NCBI GenBank assembly: GCA_963662665.2
Contig: CAXXJS010000028.1
Coordinates: forward strand, 64,001-128,000
Length of the DNA stretch: 64,000 nt
Direction of reading: 5' to 3'
Source: Candidatus Latescibacterota bacterium
GTDB taxonomy: Bacteria; Latescibacterota; UBA2968; GCA-2709665
Part shown: positions 41,167 to 50,928 of the stretch, in pieces
Numbering within the stretch: the first letter of the stretch is position 1
Layout of the letters: the number at the start of each line of letters is the position of its first letter
The notes under the pieces: model-generated
What the model was told of the DNA's origin: nothing
Seen by the model: the letters and a program-made list of their open reading frames with translations, nothing else
The model's database searches: none
Program-made: the position numbers and the translations under genes

Positions 41167-43500
41167 TTAGATATTGTTGACCAGCACAGGGCCGCTATTG
41201 TCCGACCAGTCCATCCGGATCCGGTCCACGGCCCCGTCCGGATGCGCGATGCGTACGTTCCAGACCTCCCCGCGACGAGTTATCCGCGAGGTGACACCCG
41301 CGCTGACGCCTTCGGTGAACGGCACGAGTGCGTAACCGGTCCGGAAGGGCAGTGTCGTCCGTTTCTTGTAGATGACGACCGGCGCTGGAACGTCCTGCTC
41401 GCTTATGGCGAGCCAGCCCTGGACCGGGTCGTTCCGTCCGCACACGAGGCGCGGCGTCATTCTGGCGAGGGGCAGGACTTCCAGGTTCGGCGGATGCATG
41501 CGTCCCGTTCGGGCGGCGCCGGTGTCCGGGTCGATCAGCACGCGGTAGGGCATGAAGTGGAAGAGCGCCTCGTAGGTGCGGCGGCCCTCGCCCGCGAGTT
41601 CGTCGAAGATCAGGAAGTAATCGGGCTTGACAAACATGACGACCCGGCGGTGGGCGACGGACGCGTCCAGTCCGGCATAACCGGCGTCGTAGGTCGCCAT
41701 GGCGACGTCGAAGCGGTCGTTGGAGCGCCACACCGTCTTGTCCCTGGCGGATTCCACCCATTCGGCAACGGTCTGTGCCCGGCGGTTCTGGCCGCAGCCG
41801 TCCACGAGCACCGTGTTGTGCGCTTCGGTTGTCCGGTAGAACGAGGTCCAGGCGTTCGGATAATACGAGGTGATTCCGGGGTCCACGATGAAGGGCAGGC
41901 CGTGGGCGTGGAGATCGAACGAGAGCATGTCTTCGTGCTGGTGAAAACGGCCGTACGGTCCGCCTTCGAAGAGGAGGTAGCGGGCGTCCCGGTCCCAGCC
42001 GCTGCGCATGACGAAGTAACCGGAGTCCCGGTGGGCGATGGAAGCATGGTCCGGCGGGCTGCCTTCTTCGCCCTCGCTGCCGATCCAGTTGGCAGATTCG
42101 CTGTTGAGAATGGCGCCCGGGCCGGCGAGTGCGTCACCGAATTTTCCGTCCAGGCTGCCGGCGTCGGAAATGGAGGGAAAGGTGAAGTCGGGTCGGTTGA
42201 TGGAGACGCACCAGTCGTACATGCGCCGGATGCCGGCTTCCAGTTCAGGATCCAGGGACCGGCCGAACTTTCCGGCCGCTTTATATGCATCCAGGAACCA
42301 CGAGGCGATCGAGATCTGATAGCCCGGGGTGAGTTCGTACGAGGCGCCGTCCGGCATCACCTGGATGTTCATGTCGTCCATCAGCCGCCTGCTGGCGGCA
42401 TCGTACCAGGCTTCGGCTTCTTGAAATTCGGGGAAGGAGCAGGCCGTAGCGAGCAGAGCCCTGCCTTCCGATATGGTCTTGTTGGAGGGCGGAAAGGATT
42501 CGAATCTGAGGAGATAGACGGTGTGTTCGTAGATGGATTTGAGCAGGTCCAGGATGGTTCGGTCTTCGGTTTCCTGACAGTCACAGAGTACGGTGAAGGC
42601 ATCGACAAGCGTATTGAACGACCGCATGCTCACAATCAGAGAGTGTCCCCAGGCCAGGCCGCCCGCACGGACGTCGAAAGGCATGGGTGTTTTGTGCATC
42701 CAGTCGCGAAGGATGGCTTCGATGCCTTTTGCATATTTGGGGTCCCGGGTCGTCGCCCAGGCTTGTTCGAGCGATTTGAAGTAGGAAAACGCGTGGATGC
42801 GGATGGACCACTCGATATATCCGTAGGGATTGGCGTCCCAGTCCACGCCGTCCGGCCAGTGGTGGTCCATAATGTAGCCGGCGAGGATGCGGTCCGCCTC
42901 ATCGATGTTTGTATCGGGGCCGGAATCGGGCGTCGTGTGCCGCCGGTCGAAGGCACTGGAACGGAAATGCGACGCGATCGCCCCAAGCCGGGCGTCCCCG
43001 TCGGTTGCCCGCGCCGCGGCTTCAAGTCCCGGATGGTCCAGATGTATGGCGGCGATGAGGGCGTCGTCCGTCATTCGCGGTCCCTGGACGATGCGGCGCT
43101 GGACCAGGCGGACGTTCCGGATTCGGCCTCCGGGCGGAACGCGGATATCGCCCGAGGACATATCGCCCCACCCCGAGGTCGGTATTCCGGCGGTATAAAA
43201 ACACTCTGCGGGGAAACGGAACTTGCGCCAGCCCCGCCAGATGTTTCCGCCGCGAGGGGAGACGATGGCGTTGAACCAATAGCCGTCGTCCTGGCTCATG
43301 CCTTCGGTACGATGCCCCGAGGTAAGCGTGCAGTAGATCTGGTCGTCTACTCCTTCCGGCAGGAAGATTTCGGCTCGGATCTCGTTCGCCCGGCCCCAGT
43401 CGCCGGTTTCCAAAGGGAGATCGATCTGTTCGCCCTGTTCGCCTTCCGCCAGGGTCCACTCGGACTCGATGGCGTCGTCCTGAAACATGGAGATGTCCAT
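41167..43500 (-). CDS. Heparinase II/III family polysaccharide lyase
   Basis: QVMPDG..YELTPGY, SGYFVMRSGW, HQHEDMLSF, DPG..Y, AHNTVLVDG; no signal peptide. Confidence 0.88.
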   Translation of the reverse strand: MDISMFQDDAIESEWTLAEGEQGEQIDLPLETGDWGRANEIRAEIFLPEGVDDQIYCTLTSGHRTEGMSQDDGYWFNAIVSPRGGNIWRGWRKFRFPAECFYTAGIPTSGWGDMSSGDIRVPPGGRIRNVRLVQRRIVQGPRMTDDALIAAIHLDHPGLEAAARATDGDARLGAIASHFRSSAFDRRHTTPDSGPDTNIDEADRILAGYIMDHHWPDGVDWDANPYGYIEWSIRIHAFSYFKSLEQAWATTRDPKYAKGIEAILRDWMHKTPMPFDVRAGGLAWGHSLIVSMRSFNTLVDAFTVLCDCQETEDRTILDLLKSIYEHTVYLLRFESFPPSNKTISEGRALLATACSFPEFQEAEAWYDAASRRLMDDMNIQVMPDGASYELTPGYQISIASWFLDAYKAAGKFGRSLDPELEAGIRRMYDWCVSINRPDFTFPSISDAGSLDGKFGDALAGPGAILNSESANWIGSEGEEGSPPDHASIAHRDSGYFVMRSGWDRDARYLLFEGGPYGRFHQHEDMLSFDLHAHGLPFIVDPGITSYYPNAWTSFYRTTEAHNTVLVDGCGQNRRAQTVAEWVESARDKTVWRSNDRFDVAMATYDAGYAGLDASVAHRRVVMFVKPDYFLIFDELAGEGRRTYEALFHFMPYRVLIDPDTGAARTGRMHPPNLEVLPLARMTPRLVCGRNDPVQGWLAISEQDVPAPVVIYKKRTTLPFRTGYALVPFTEGVSAGVTSRITRRGEVWNVRIAHPDGAVDRIRMDWSDNSGPVLVNNI

Positions 43501-43647
43501 GGGGGTCTCCTTTCGATAGAGGCAATTTACGAAATGGGGGATAGGGGTTCAAGAATCATTGCGTATGCCGTAGAGAGCCGCCTTCCTGTTTTGTTGCCGA
43601 CCGCTTTAGGGCTTGCGGATCGTCGGTCACGTGCATTTCTTATCGAA

Positions 43648-43690
43648 ACCCCCTCTCCCTTCGGAGAGGGGGTCGGGGGGAGAGGTCTCC
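43648..43690. repeat. CCCCTCTCC..GGAGAGGGG REP-like repeat, copy 2
   Basis: Palindrome; its reverse complement resembles 1528-1572. Confidence 0.6.
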
Positions 43691-43756
43691 TAAAGGCGGT
43701 AAGAAGGTAGAGGGAAGACGGTAGAAGAAATTCTTGCCAGGTATGTTATTCCACTT

Positions 43757-43824
43757 TGCCTCCGGCACGACAAGAAGCCTCACAAGGCAGGAAATCTCTA
43801 CCCTCTCCCGTCTCACGTCTCACC
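43757..43824. repeat. 68-bp dispersed repeat (inverted copy of 36690-36757)
   Basis: Direct comparison of the two segments. Confidence 0.75.
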
Positions 43825-43902
43825 GCTTTTTGCTGATTTCCGGTTTTCCCTTTGTGTCTTCATGCCTTCGTGTGAGTCAGACTTTTTTCGACGGGAGTAC
43901 TG

Positions 43903-45099
43903 ATGGGTATTCGTCTCGGGATCTGTGGCACCGGAGCGTTCGCAAACTCGTTCATCCCGTTGTTCAAAGCGCATCCGGACGTCGACCACGTGGTATTGTG
44001 CGACCTGGATGCAGAGAAGCTGGCTGAGAAATCCGCTCGTTTCGAAGTGCCTGATACGTATCCGTCTCTCGATGCGCTTTGCGCGGCCGACGTGGATGCG
44101 ATTGCGATCATTACGCAGCACCATCTGCACGGGCCACAGGCGGTTCAGGCCCTGCGCAGTGGCAAGCACGTGTATTCGGCGGTGCCGTCAGCCGTGAGCC
44201 TGGAAGAAATAGCCGGGCTTGTAAAGGCGGTGGAGGAAACGGGGTTGATCTATATGATCGGGGAGACGAGTTTTTATTACCCGTGTACGATCTATTGCCG
44301 GAACCGCTTTCAGACGGGAGATTTCGGACATATCGTTTACGGTGAGGCGGAGTACTACCACGATTACTCGCACGGACTCTATGCCGTTGCGCAGTGGCGG
44401 CACGGCGAGAATTGGAAGCAGTATTTCGGGGCGCCTCCCCTTTTTTATCCCACGCATTCGACAAGCATGATCGTGTCGGTGACAGGGGCGCATGCCACGC
44501 ACGTAAGCGGGATGGGGTTCGTGGACCGGCATGAGGATAATCTGTACGCACGTGAAGACAATGTCTGGAAGAACCCGTTCAGCAACCAGACGATGTTGTG
44601 CAAAATGTCGGATGGGAGTATCGCGCGCTTCAACGAGTTCCGGAGGATAGGACATCCGGGCACGGTTGGGATGAGCCTGTATGGGACGGACGCCGGTTAC
44701 GAGGAGCAGGTGGGCGGACAGGTGTGGATCACAAAGGACCGGAAAGCCTGCGTTGACCTGACCTCGGAGCTATCATGCGAAGGCGTATTTGCCGGTCCGG
44801 CCGACGACCCGATGGGTGCCGTCACGGGAGACGACGGGACGCACCAGGGCGCGTCGCGCGTACATCCGGTGCATCTGCTGCCCAGGGAGTTTGTCGGGTT
44901 GGGAAACGGGCATAAGGGGGCCCATCAGTTCCTGGTGCATGATTTCGTCACGGCGTGCGTGACCGGCGAAACGCCGTCCAATAACGTCTGGCAGGCGGCG
45001 CGGTACCTGGTCCCGGGGCTGGTAGCGCACGAGTCCGCGATGAATGGCGGCGCGTTAACGGCAGTGCCCGACTTTGGAGACGGCACGAAAGGGCCATGA
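43903..45099 (+). CDS. Gfo/Idh/MocA oxidoreductase
   Basis: LGICGTG Rossmann motif, GKHVYSAVP, EAEYYHD, YPTH. Confidence 0.9.
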   Translation: MGIRLGICGTGAFANSFIPLFKAHPDVDHVVLCDLDAEKLAEKSARFEVPDTYPSLDALCAADVDAIAIITQHHLHGPQAVQALRSGKHVYSAVPSAVSLEEIAGLVKAVEETGLIYMIGETSFYYPCTIYCRNRFQTGDFGHIVYGEAEYYHDYSHGLYAVAQWRHGENWKQYFGAPPLFYPTHSTSMIVSVTGAHATHVSGMGFVDRHEDNLYAREDNVWKNPFSNQTMLCKMSDGSIARFNEFRRIGHPGTVGMSLYGTDAGYEEQVGGQVWITKDRKACVDLTSELSCEGVFAGPADDPMGAVTGDDGTHQGASRVHPVHLLPREFVGLGNGHKGAHQFLVHDFVTACVTGETPSNNVWQAARYLVPGLVAHESAMNGGALTAVPDFGDGTKGP

Positions 45100-45203
45100 G
45101 AGGGAAGCCGCGAGAGGCGAATCGAGAGGTTAACGCTAAAGAGACGCGTGGTCGTGTTCTTTACGGGACAGCAGGTATAACTGGCTTTCATTAAGGGAGA
45201 AAC

Positions 45204-45524
45204 ATGGCGGTTAAGCGAACTTCTGGAGAGGGATGGGCGTTTGTTTCCGACGATGTGCCTGACATTGACGTGGAAGTACTGGTTTCCCGCGCGCCGGAGG
45301 AGCAGAAGATTCGGATTTCGCTGGAGAAAAGGAAGCGGGGCAAAGTGGTGACGCTGGCCGGCGGTCTGGTGCTGGCGAAGGGAGATATGAAGGACCTGGC
45401 GCGTGCGTTGCGGGAAGCGTGTGGGACGGGCGGGACGATTCGCGGGGAAACGATCGAGTTGCAGGGAGATTGCAGGAGCCACGTCAGGGCGTGGCTCATG
45501 GAGAATGGTTGGGGGCTTCGATAA
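45204..45524 (+). CDS. yciH: SUI1/YciH translation initiation factor homolog
   Basis: RGKVVT, ACGTGGT, IELQGD. Confidence 0.88.
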   Translation: MAVKRTSGEGWAFVSDDVPDIDVEVLVSRAPEEQKIRISLEKRKRGKVVTLAGGLVLAKGDMKDLARALREACGTGGTIRGETIELQGDCRSHVRAWLMENGWGLR

Positions 45525-45736
45525 TAGAACAAGAATGTCAGCTGTCAGCCATCAGCGTTCAGCTTGAACCGAAAAACCAAACACCACAATCCTTGCAAAT
45601 ACGACACCGCGAATCCATGGTCGAGTGGTGCGGCCCTCTTACGTCTCCCGTCTCACCTCTCCCGGCATGAATTAACCGATCAGTGAGCCGATCACTGACT
45701 GATGACAGCGCCACACCTATAGCGGAGAACTTAACC

Positions 45737-47275
45737 ATGGCCATGGTAGATTGCGATGCGCTGATCCTGGGCGGCGGGCATAACGGACTGGTTGCGGCAT
45801 CCTACCTGGCGGATGCCGGAATGGACGTGCTGTTACTGGAACGCCGGGACCTCCTGGGGGGCGCCTGTGCAACCGAAGAGCTGTTCCCCGGGTACCGGTT
45901 TTCGTCCTGTTCCTACATCTGCCACCTGTTACAGGACCGGGTGATCGACGAGTTGGGCCTTAGGGAACACGGGTTCGACGTGTATCACCTGGATCCCTCC
46001 CGGTTTCAGCCCTTTCCCGACGGCTCCGCCCTCCGCCTCTGGGACGACCTGGATCGCAGCCAGGCGGAACTCGCCCGGTTCTCGCACAAGGACGCGGAGG
46101 CCTATCCCGAATGGCTCGCTTTCTGGGAACGGGCGGCGGGAATCATCTACCCGTATTTTCTGACGCCGCCGCCCACGATAAGTGAGATTGCCGCGCGTGT
46201 GAGGGGAACGGAGGACGAGGCGCTTCTGGACCGCCTGCTGACGACCAGCATGACCGACCTCGTAACCGGCTTTTTCGAGTCAGACCATGCCCAGGGCGCG
46301 TTTATCCAGGCGCAGGACGTGGGCGATCCCGCGGCGCCGGGCAGCGCGTGGGTTTACACGTACATCAAATGCGGCGTGTTCGGACGGCCGGAGAACGTGG
46401 GGATCGTCAAGGGCGGGATGGGTGGCATCGCCAACGCCCTTGCGAGAGCGGCGAGAGCGCGTGGGGCGGTCTTGCAGACGGGCGCGGAAGTCGAGCGGAT
46501 TCTATTGTCGAATGGAAGCGCGTGCGGCGTAGCGCTTGCCGACGGCACGGAGATCCGCAGCCGTATGGTGGTTTCCAATGCGGATCCCAAGCGTACGTTC
46601 CTGAAACTGCTGCCGCCCGATGCGCTGGATGCGCGATTCGTGGCGCGCGCGAGGGGCCTGAAAACCAGAACGGCCTATCTGAAGTTTCACGCGGCGCTCA
46701 CCGGTCTGCCTGATTTCGCGAGGGGCGAATCGGGATACGATCCGCGCTGGTTTGCGGAGATCAAGATTTGCCCGTCTATCGGCTACTTCGCCCGCGCCTG
46801 GGACGACGCGCGGCGGGGTGATCCCGCCACGGAACCCGTGATCGAAGTGCAGATACCATCGGTCTACGACGACACGATGGCGCCTCCCGGCCACCACGTG
46901 ATGTCCGTTTGGGCCCTGTATGCACCCGTGAGCCCGCGCGATGGAACCTGGGACGAACGACGTGAAGAGGTGGGGGAGCGCCTCATCGATACGCTCTCGG
47001 TCTACGCGCCGAACCTGAGGGACATTCTGGTGGACTGGTCGCTATTCACACCGCACGACCTGGAGGACCGCGTGGGCCTTACCGACGGCAATATCAGGCA
47101 CCTGGACATCGTTCCGGACCAGTTCCTCGCACAGCGGCCGCTGGGTGGATGGTCTCGCTACGCGACGCCCATCAAGAACCTCTATCTCTGCGGCGCGGGC
47201 ACCCACCCGGGCGGCGAGGTGACCGGCGCCCCGGGGCATAATGCCGCGAAGGCCATTTTGGAGGATTGGGGATAG
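45737..47275 (+). CDS. Phytoene-dehydrogenase-like FAD oxidoreductase
   Basis: GGGHNGLVAA.YL, LGGAC.TEE, GGMG, LYLCGAGTHPGG.VTGAPG. Confidence 0.9.
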   Translation: MAMVDCDALILGGGHNGLVAASYLADAGMDVLLLERRDLLGGACATEELFPGYRFSSCSYICHLLQDRVIDELGLREHGFDVYHLDPSRFQPFPDGSALRLWDDLDRSQAELARFSHKDAEAYPEWLAFWERAAGIIYPYFLTPPPTISEIAARVRGTEDEALLDRLLTTSMTDLVTGFFESDHAQGAFIQAQDVGDPAAPGSAWVYTYIKCGVFGRPENVGIVKGGMGGIANALARAARARGAVLQTGAEVERILLSNGSACGVALADGTEIRSRMVVSNADPKRTFLKLLPPDALDARFVARARGLKTRTAYLKFHAALTGLPDFARGESGYDPRWFAEIKICPSIGYFARAWDDARRGDPATEPVIEVQIPSVYDDTMAPPGHHVMSVWALYAPVSPRDGTWDERREEVGERLIDTLSVYAPNLRDILVDWSLFTPHDLEDRVGLTDGNIRHLDIVPDQFLAQRPLGGWSRYATPIKNLYLCGAGTHPGGEVTGAPGHNAAKAILEDWG

Positions 47276-47323
47276 CGGGCGAGTTGCGTGCTCACAGCAT
47301 CCGCCCACCAGGCATAATGGAGA

Positions 47324-48667
47324 TCAGAATCGGAGGGTGAACACCGTTTCTTCTTCGGGCGTGGATTGAACGCTGATGGCGCCGCGATGCTGGCGCATAA
47401 TCTGGCGGCACAGCGACAGGCCGATACCCGATCCTTCCTGCTTCGTCGTGAAAAACGGAATAAAGATGCGCTCCTGCACGTCTTTGAGGATGCCCGGTCC
47501 ATTGTCTCGTACGCGGATGAGAACGCGGCCTCTCCGGTCGAGAAGGGCAACCAGGGCGATGCGGGAGGCGCCGCGCCCGGCAAGCGCGTGCATGGCGTTC
47601 CGAAGGAGATTGATGAGCACCTGCTCGATGAGTTCGGGGTCGGCAGTGACTTCGAGAGACGCGGGATCGACTTCAGTGTGCAGCTCGATACCTGCTTTTT
47701 CGCATTCAGGTTGCATGAGGGACACAACACGGTCAAAAAGACCCGTGACGGGACAGATTTTGAAGTCCGGACTGGGAATCCGCGTGAGCTGGCGGTAGGT
47801 ATCCACAAAGTGGTGCAGGCCTTCGCTGCGCGACTGTATGGTCTGAAGGGCGGTGTGCACGTCCGTCACGGTCTGTGGATCGAGTGACGACGCGCGACCG
47901 GATTCGGGGAAATGGCCGCGTAGGGTGGAGGCGAGGGACGAAATGGGTGTGATCGAGTTCATGATTTCGTGTATGAGTACCCGAATAAGCTTCTGCCACG
48001 CTTCCATTTCCTGTTCTTCGAGTTCGCTCTGTATATCCTGTACGGAGGCGAGAGTATACGATTCCCCCCGCATCCGTATCTCCGTGGCGTGAATTACAAT
48101 CTGAAAGAGGTCGTCCTCGTCCTGAACCTTGACCAGTGTCCGGTCGCCCGGCCGCAGGCGCAGAAGTGTTTCGGAGAGGGTCTTGCTTACCGGTTCCAGT
48201 TCGCGCACATTGTGGATATGGGGCCTGCGAAGCAAGCGTTGGGCGGCGGTGTTCATCAGTTCGATGCGTCCGTCGGATCCATAGCAGACCAGCCCCACGC
48301 CCACGTGTTGCACCACGGTCTGCAGGTACTGGAAGTTTTCTTCTTTTTCCGTCCGTGTTCTCCGGAAGGCGTTCAATACGTCGTTGAAAGCCTTCTTGAG
48401 ATCGTCGAATGCGGACCCGAGTCCGCGGCCGCTGAAGGACTGGGAGAAGTCTTCGTACCGGATGGCCTGCAGAAAGCGGGTGAGGTCCCGGTTGGTGCGC
48501 TCCACGTAGTGGATGAGGGCATAAGCCTGGTAGAGTGCGATGCCGGCCAGGATGAGGACGGTGGTGTAGTAGGTCGTCTGAAAGAGGACGAACGCAAGGG
48601 CGCAGATCGTGGCGCTCAGAAAGGCCACCCTCACGATGCAGCGGGTCCTGAAGTGTCTAAAGACCAT
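47324..48667 (-). CDS. Sensor histidine kinase (NtrY/NtrB-like)
   Basis: Two TM helices, HEIMNSITP, QVLINL..NA, DNGPG, FFTTK, GSGIGL. Confidence 0.92.
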   Translation of the reverse strand: MVFRHFRTRCIVRVAFLSATICALAFVLFQTTYYTTVLILAGIALYQAYALIHYVERTNRDLTRFLQAIRYEDFSQSFSGRGLGSAFDDLKKAFNDVLNAFRRTRTEKEENFQYLQTVVQHVGVGLVCYGSDGRIELMNTAAQRLLRRPHIHNVRELEPVSKTLSETLLRLRPGDRTLVKVQDEDDLFQIVIHATEIRMRGESYTLASVQDIQSELEEQEMEAWQKLIRVLIHEIMNSITPISSLASTLRGHFPESGRASSLDPQTVTDVHTALQTIQSRSEGLHHFVDTYRQLTRIPSPDFKICPVTGLFDRVVSLMQPECEKAGIELHTEVDPASLEVTADPELIEQVLINLLRNAMHALAGRGASRIALVALLDRRGRVLIRVRDNGPGILKDVQERIFIPFFTTKQEGSGIGLSLCRQIMRQHRGAISVQSTPEEETVFTLRF

Positions 48668-50033
48668 ATTTTTCCAGCCTGCGGTATAGAGCGCTGCGCG
48701 TGATGCCCAGTTCCCGGGCGGTGTGGCTGATGTTGCCCTCGTGCTTCTCGATGGCTTTGCGGATTGCGGTTTTCTCGATGCGTTCCAGATTGAAGTCTTC
48801 GCAGTGAATGTGGTCGCCCGCGGTGGTATCCGGCGTACTGAGCGGAAAGTCCGACGGTTGCAGCGTTCCGTTTTCGTTCATGATGACGGCGCGTTCGATG
48901 GCGTGCTGGAGTTCGCGGACGTTCCCGGGCCAGGAATACCCCTTGAGTCTTACCAGGGTGCGGGGATGCACGCCGATGCGGGGCTTCTTGTATTTCCTGC
49001 AATACCTGTCCAGAAAGTTGCCGATGAGGAGCGGCAGGTCTTCGCGGCGGTCCCGGAGTGGCGGGAGCCGGATTTCAACGGTGTTGACGCGGTAGAGCAG
49101 GTCCTGGCGGAACTCGTTCCGTGCGGCCAGTTCGTGGATGGGCGTATTGGTGGCGCAGACGAGCCGGATGTCAATGGGGACCGGCTTGTTGGTTCCCAGG
49201 CGAAAAACATTGCGTTTTTCGAGTACGGTGAGCAGCTTGGCCTGAAGCGGCAGTGAGAGGTTACCGATTTCGTCCAGGAAAAGCGTCCCGCCCGATGCTG
49301 TTTCAAAACGCCCCGCCCGGTCTTCTCTGGCGTCTGTAAAGGCGCCTTTTTTGTGCCCGAAGAGTTCGCTTTCGAAGAGGGTCTCGGGAACGGCGCCGAG
49401 GTCCACGTGGATGAAGACCTGGTCCGCGCGGCCGGAATGACGGTGAAGGGCGCGGGCGACGGCGTCTTTGCCCGTTCCGTTGTCGCCCAGGATTAGTACG
49501 TTGGCGTCCGTGGCGGCGACCTTGCGGATGGATTCGAAAACGTCGCGCATCACCGGAGACACGGCCACAATGCCGGGAAACTGCCTGTCCAGGTCGGCGT
49601 GGAGCTGCCGCTGGCGGGAGCGCAGCCGGAAGACGTCGAGGCGCGACCGGCGGAGCCTGGCTGCCGCGGACAGCGTGGCCAGCAGTTTCTCGTTCTGCCA
49701 GGGCTTGAGTACAAAGTCCGTGGCGCCCTCCTTGATGGCCTGAACGGCCGTCTTGACGTCGCCGAACGCCGTGATCAGGACCACCACGGCGGAGGCGTCC
49801 ATTTCCAGGATCCGCCGCAGCCAGTGAAATCCTTCCTTTCCCGACGTGGCGTCCTGGGCGAAGTTCATATCCAGGAGGATCACGTCGTACGCGTCGTTCT
49901 GCAGCAGTTCGGGAATGCGGTTTGGATCGGCTTCGGTATCCACGCTCCCCGCGTGCTGCTTTAGGAAGAGTTGTGCCGCCAGCAGCACGTCGTGGTCGTC
50001 GTCGACAATCAGGATTTTATCGAATGTCTTCAT
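48657..50033 (-). CDS. Sigma-54-dependent response regulator
   Basis: REC domain (VDDD, LLDMNF), AAA+ [27 protein letters not shown], Fis-type HTH. Confidence 0.95.
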   Translation of the reverse strand: MKTFDKILIVDDDHDVLLAAQLFLKQHAGSVDTEADPNRIPELLQNDAYDVILLDMNFAQDATSGKEGFHWLRRILEMDASAVVVLITAFGDVKTAVQAIKEGATDFVLKPWQNEKLLATLSAAARLRRSRLDVFRLRSRQRQLHADLDRQFPGIVAVSPVMRDVFESIRKVAATDANVLILGDNGTGKDAVARALHRHSGRADQVFIHVDLGAVPETLFESELFGHKKGAFTDAREDRAGRFETASGGTLFLDEIGNLSLPLQAKLLTVLEKRNVFRLGTNKPVPIDIRLVCATNTPIHELAARNEFRQDLLYRVNTVEIRLPPLRDRREDLPLLIGNFLDRYCRKYKKPRIGVHPRTLVRLKGYSWPGNVRELQHAIERAVIMNENGTLQPSDFPLSTPDTTAGDHIHCEDFNLERIEKTAIRKAIEKHEGNISHTARELGITRSALYRRLEKYGL

Positions 50034-50247
50034 TGATGCTCCAGGGCGTTCGAGCATGGCTTGACGGGCGGTATCCGCGTCCCGTGCGGGCGAGCGGACC
50101 GGCGGCCAATCACGCTGGAGGTTTTTCAGCTTATGACAAAAGACGCATTTTTCGTGCCAATACGCCTCCTTGATCGAATTTGCGCACAACCATAATGATC
50201 ACATAGACTTACCCTGTCAAGCGGTTCGAGGACCGGCGCCCGCCATG

Positions 50248-50284
50248 TGTTCATTTTCGCACACTACTGTATCATTAGCGGACA
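50248..50284. promoter_or_regulatory. Tandem TGT..ACA enhancer-like sites
   Basis: TGTTCATTTTCGCACA and TGTATCATTAGCGGACA lie ~65-100 bp upstream of the -24 element. Confidence 0.45.
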
Positions 50285-50348
50285 CCGGGGCGCGGGCCTT
50301 TTTCCGCATCGCATCGCTAAGTACCTGTAAAAGCGGGTGAAATCCGCG

Positions 50349-50364
50349 TGGCACGCCCGTTGCT
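50349..50364 (+). promoter_or_regulatory. Sigma-54 (-24/-12) promoter
   Basis: TGGCAC-N5-TTGCT, facing the permease array. Confidence 0.8.
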
Positions 50365-50429
50365 TATGTTATCGTCGGGTCGATTCCGACATGCGCCGGA
50401 TGTATCCGTCGCGGATGTACATCGCCCAT

Positions 50430-50928
50430 TTCGTCATTCGGAGCGAACTTGCAGAGTGCGCGGACGTGCCGCCTGCCAGGTCGGGCTCAGTGCCATAAGC
50501 TCGGGGATCAAGCCATGCTGCAGTAGATCCTTCGTCAGCCAGCCTGCCGGTGACTCTCTGGCAGGCAGGGAGGCTTCCTCAGGATGGCAGTTTGGGCGAG
50601 CGGGCGACGGATACGTTTCGCCAACGGCTATTGCAACGCATGTCATTCTGAGCGCAGCGAAGAATCTCCCGTCTTCTCGGCTTGCCGTGCAGCGGAAGCA
50701 TTCAACAACCCATATGCGCGGAGGCTTCGTTTCCATGACGGCTTCCTCAGGATGGCAGTTTGGGCGAGCAGGCGACGGATACTTTTCGCCAACGGCTATT
50801 GCAACGCATGTCATTCTGAGCGCAGCGAAGAATCTAACGTCTTCCGCACTGTCCAAATGTCAGAGATCCGGGTAAAACCATATGCGCGGACACATCATCT
50901 ATGAATCCAATCCGCGAGGAGTCGACTG
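50430..50928. repeat. Composite palindromic repeat block 1
   Basis: AGATCCTTCG..CTCAGGATG and TGTCATTCTGAGCGCAGCGAAGAATCT motifs; 168-bp period (50641, 50809). Confidence 0.9.

Noticed and set aside
41143-43710. 855-aa plus-strand ORF
   Set aside because: Antisense shadow of the heparinase gene with no recognisable motifs
50348-50904. ORFs with CHSERSEES / VILSAAKNL peptides (also in the later repeat blocks)
   Set aside because: Translations of the palindromic repeat; frames are not consistent between copies
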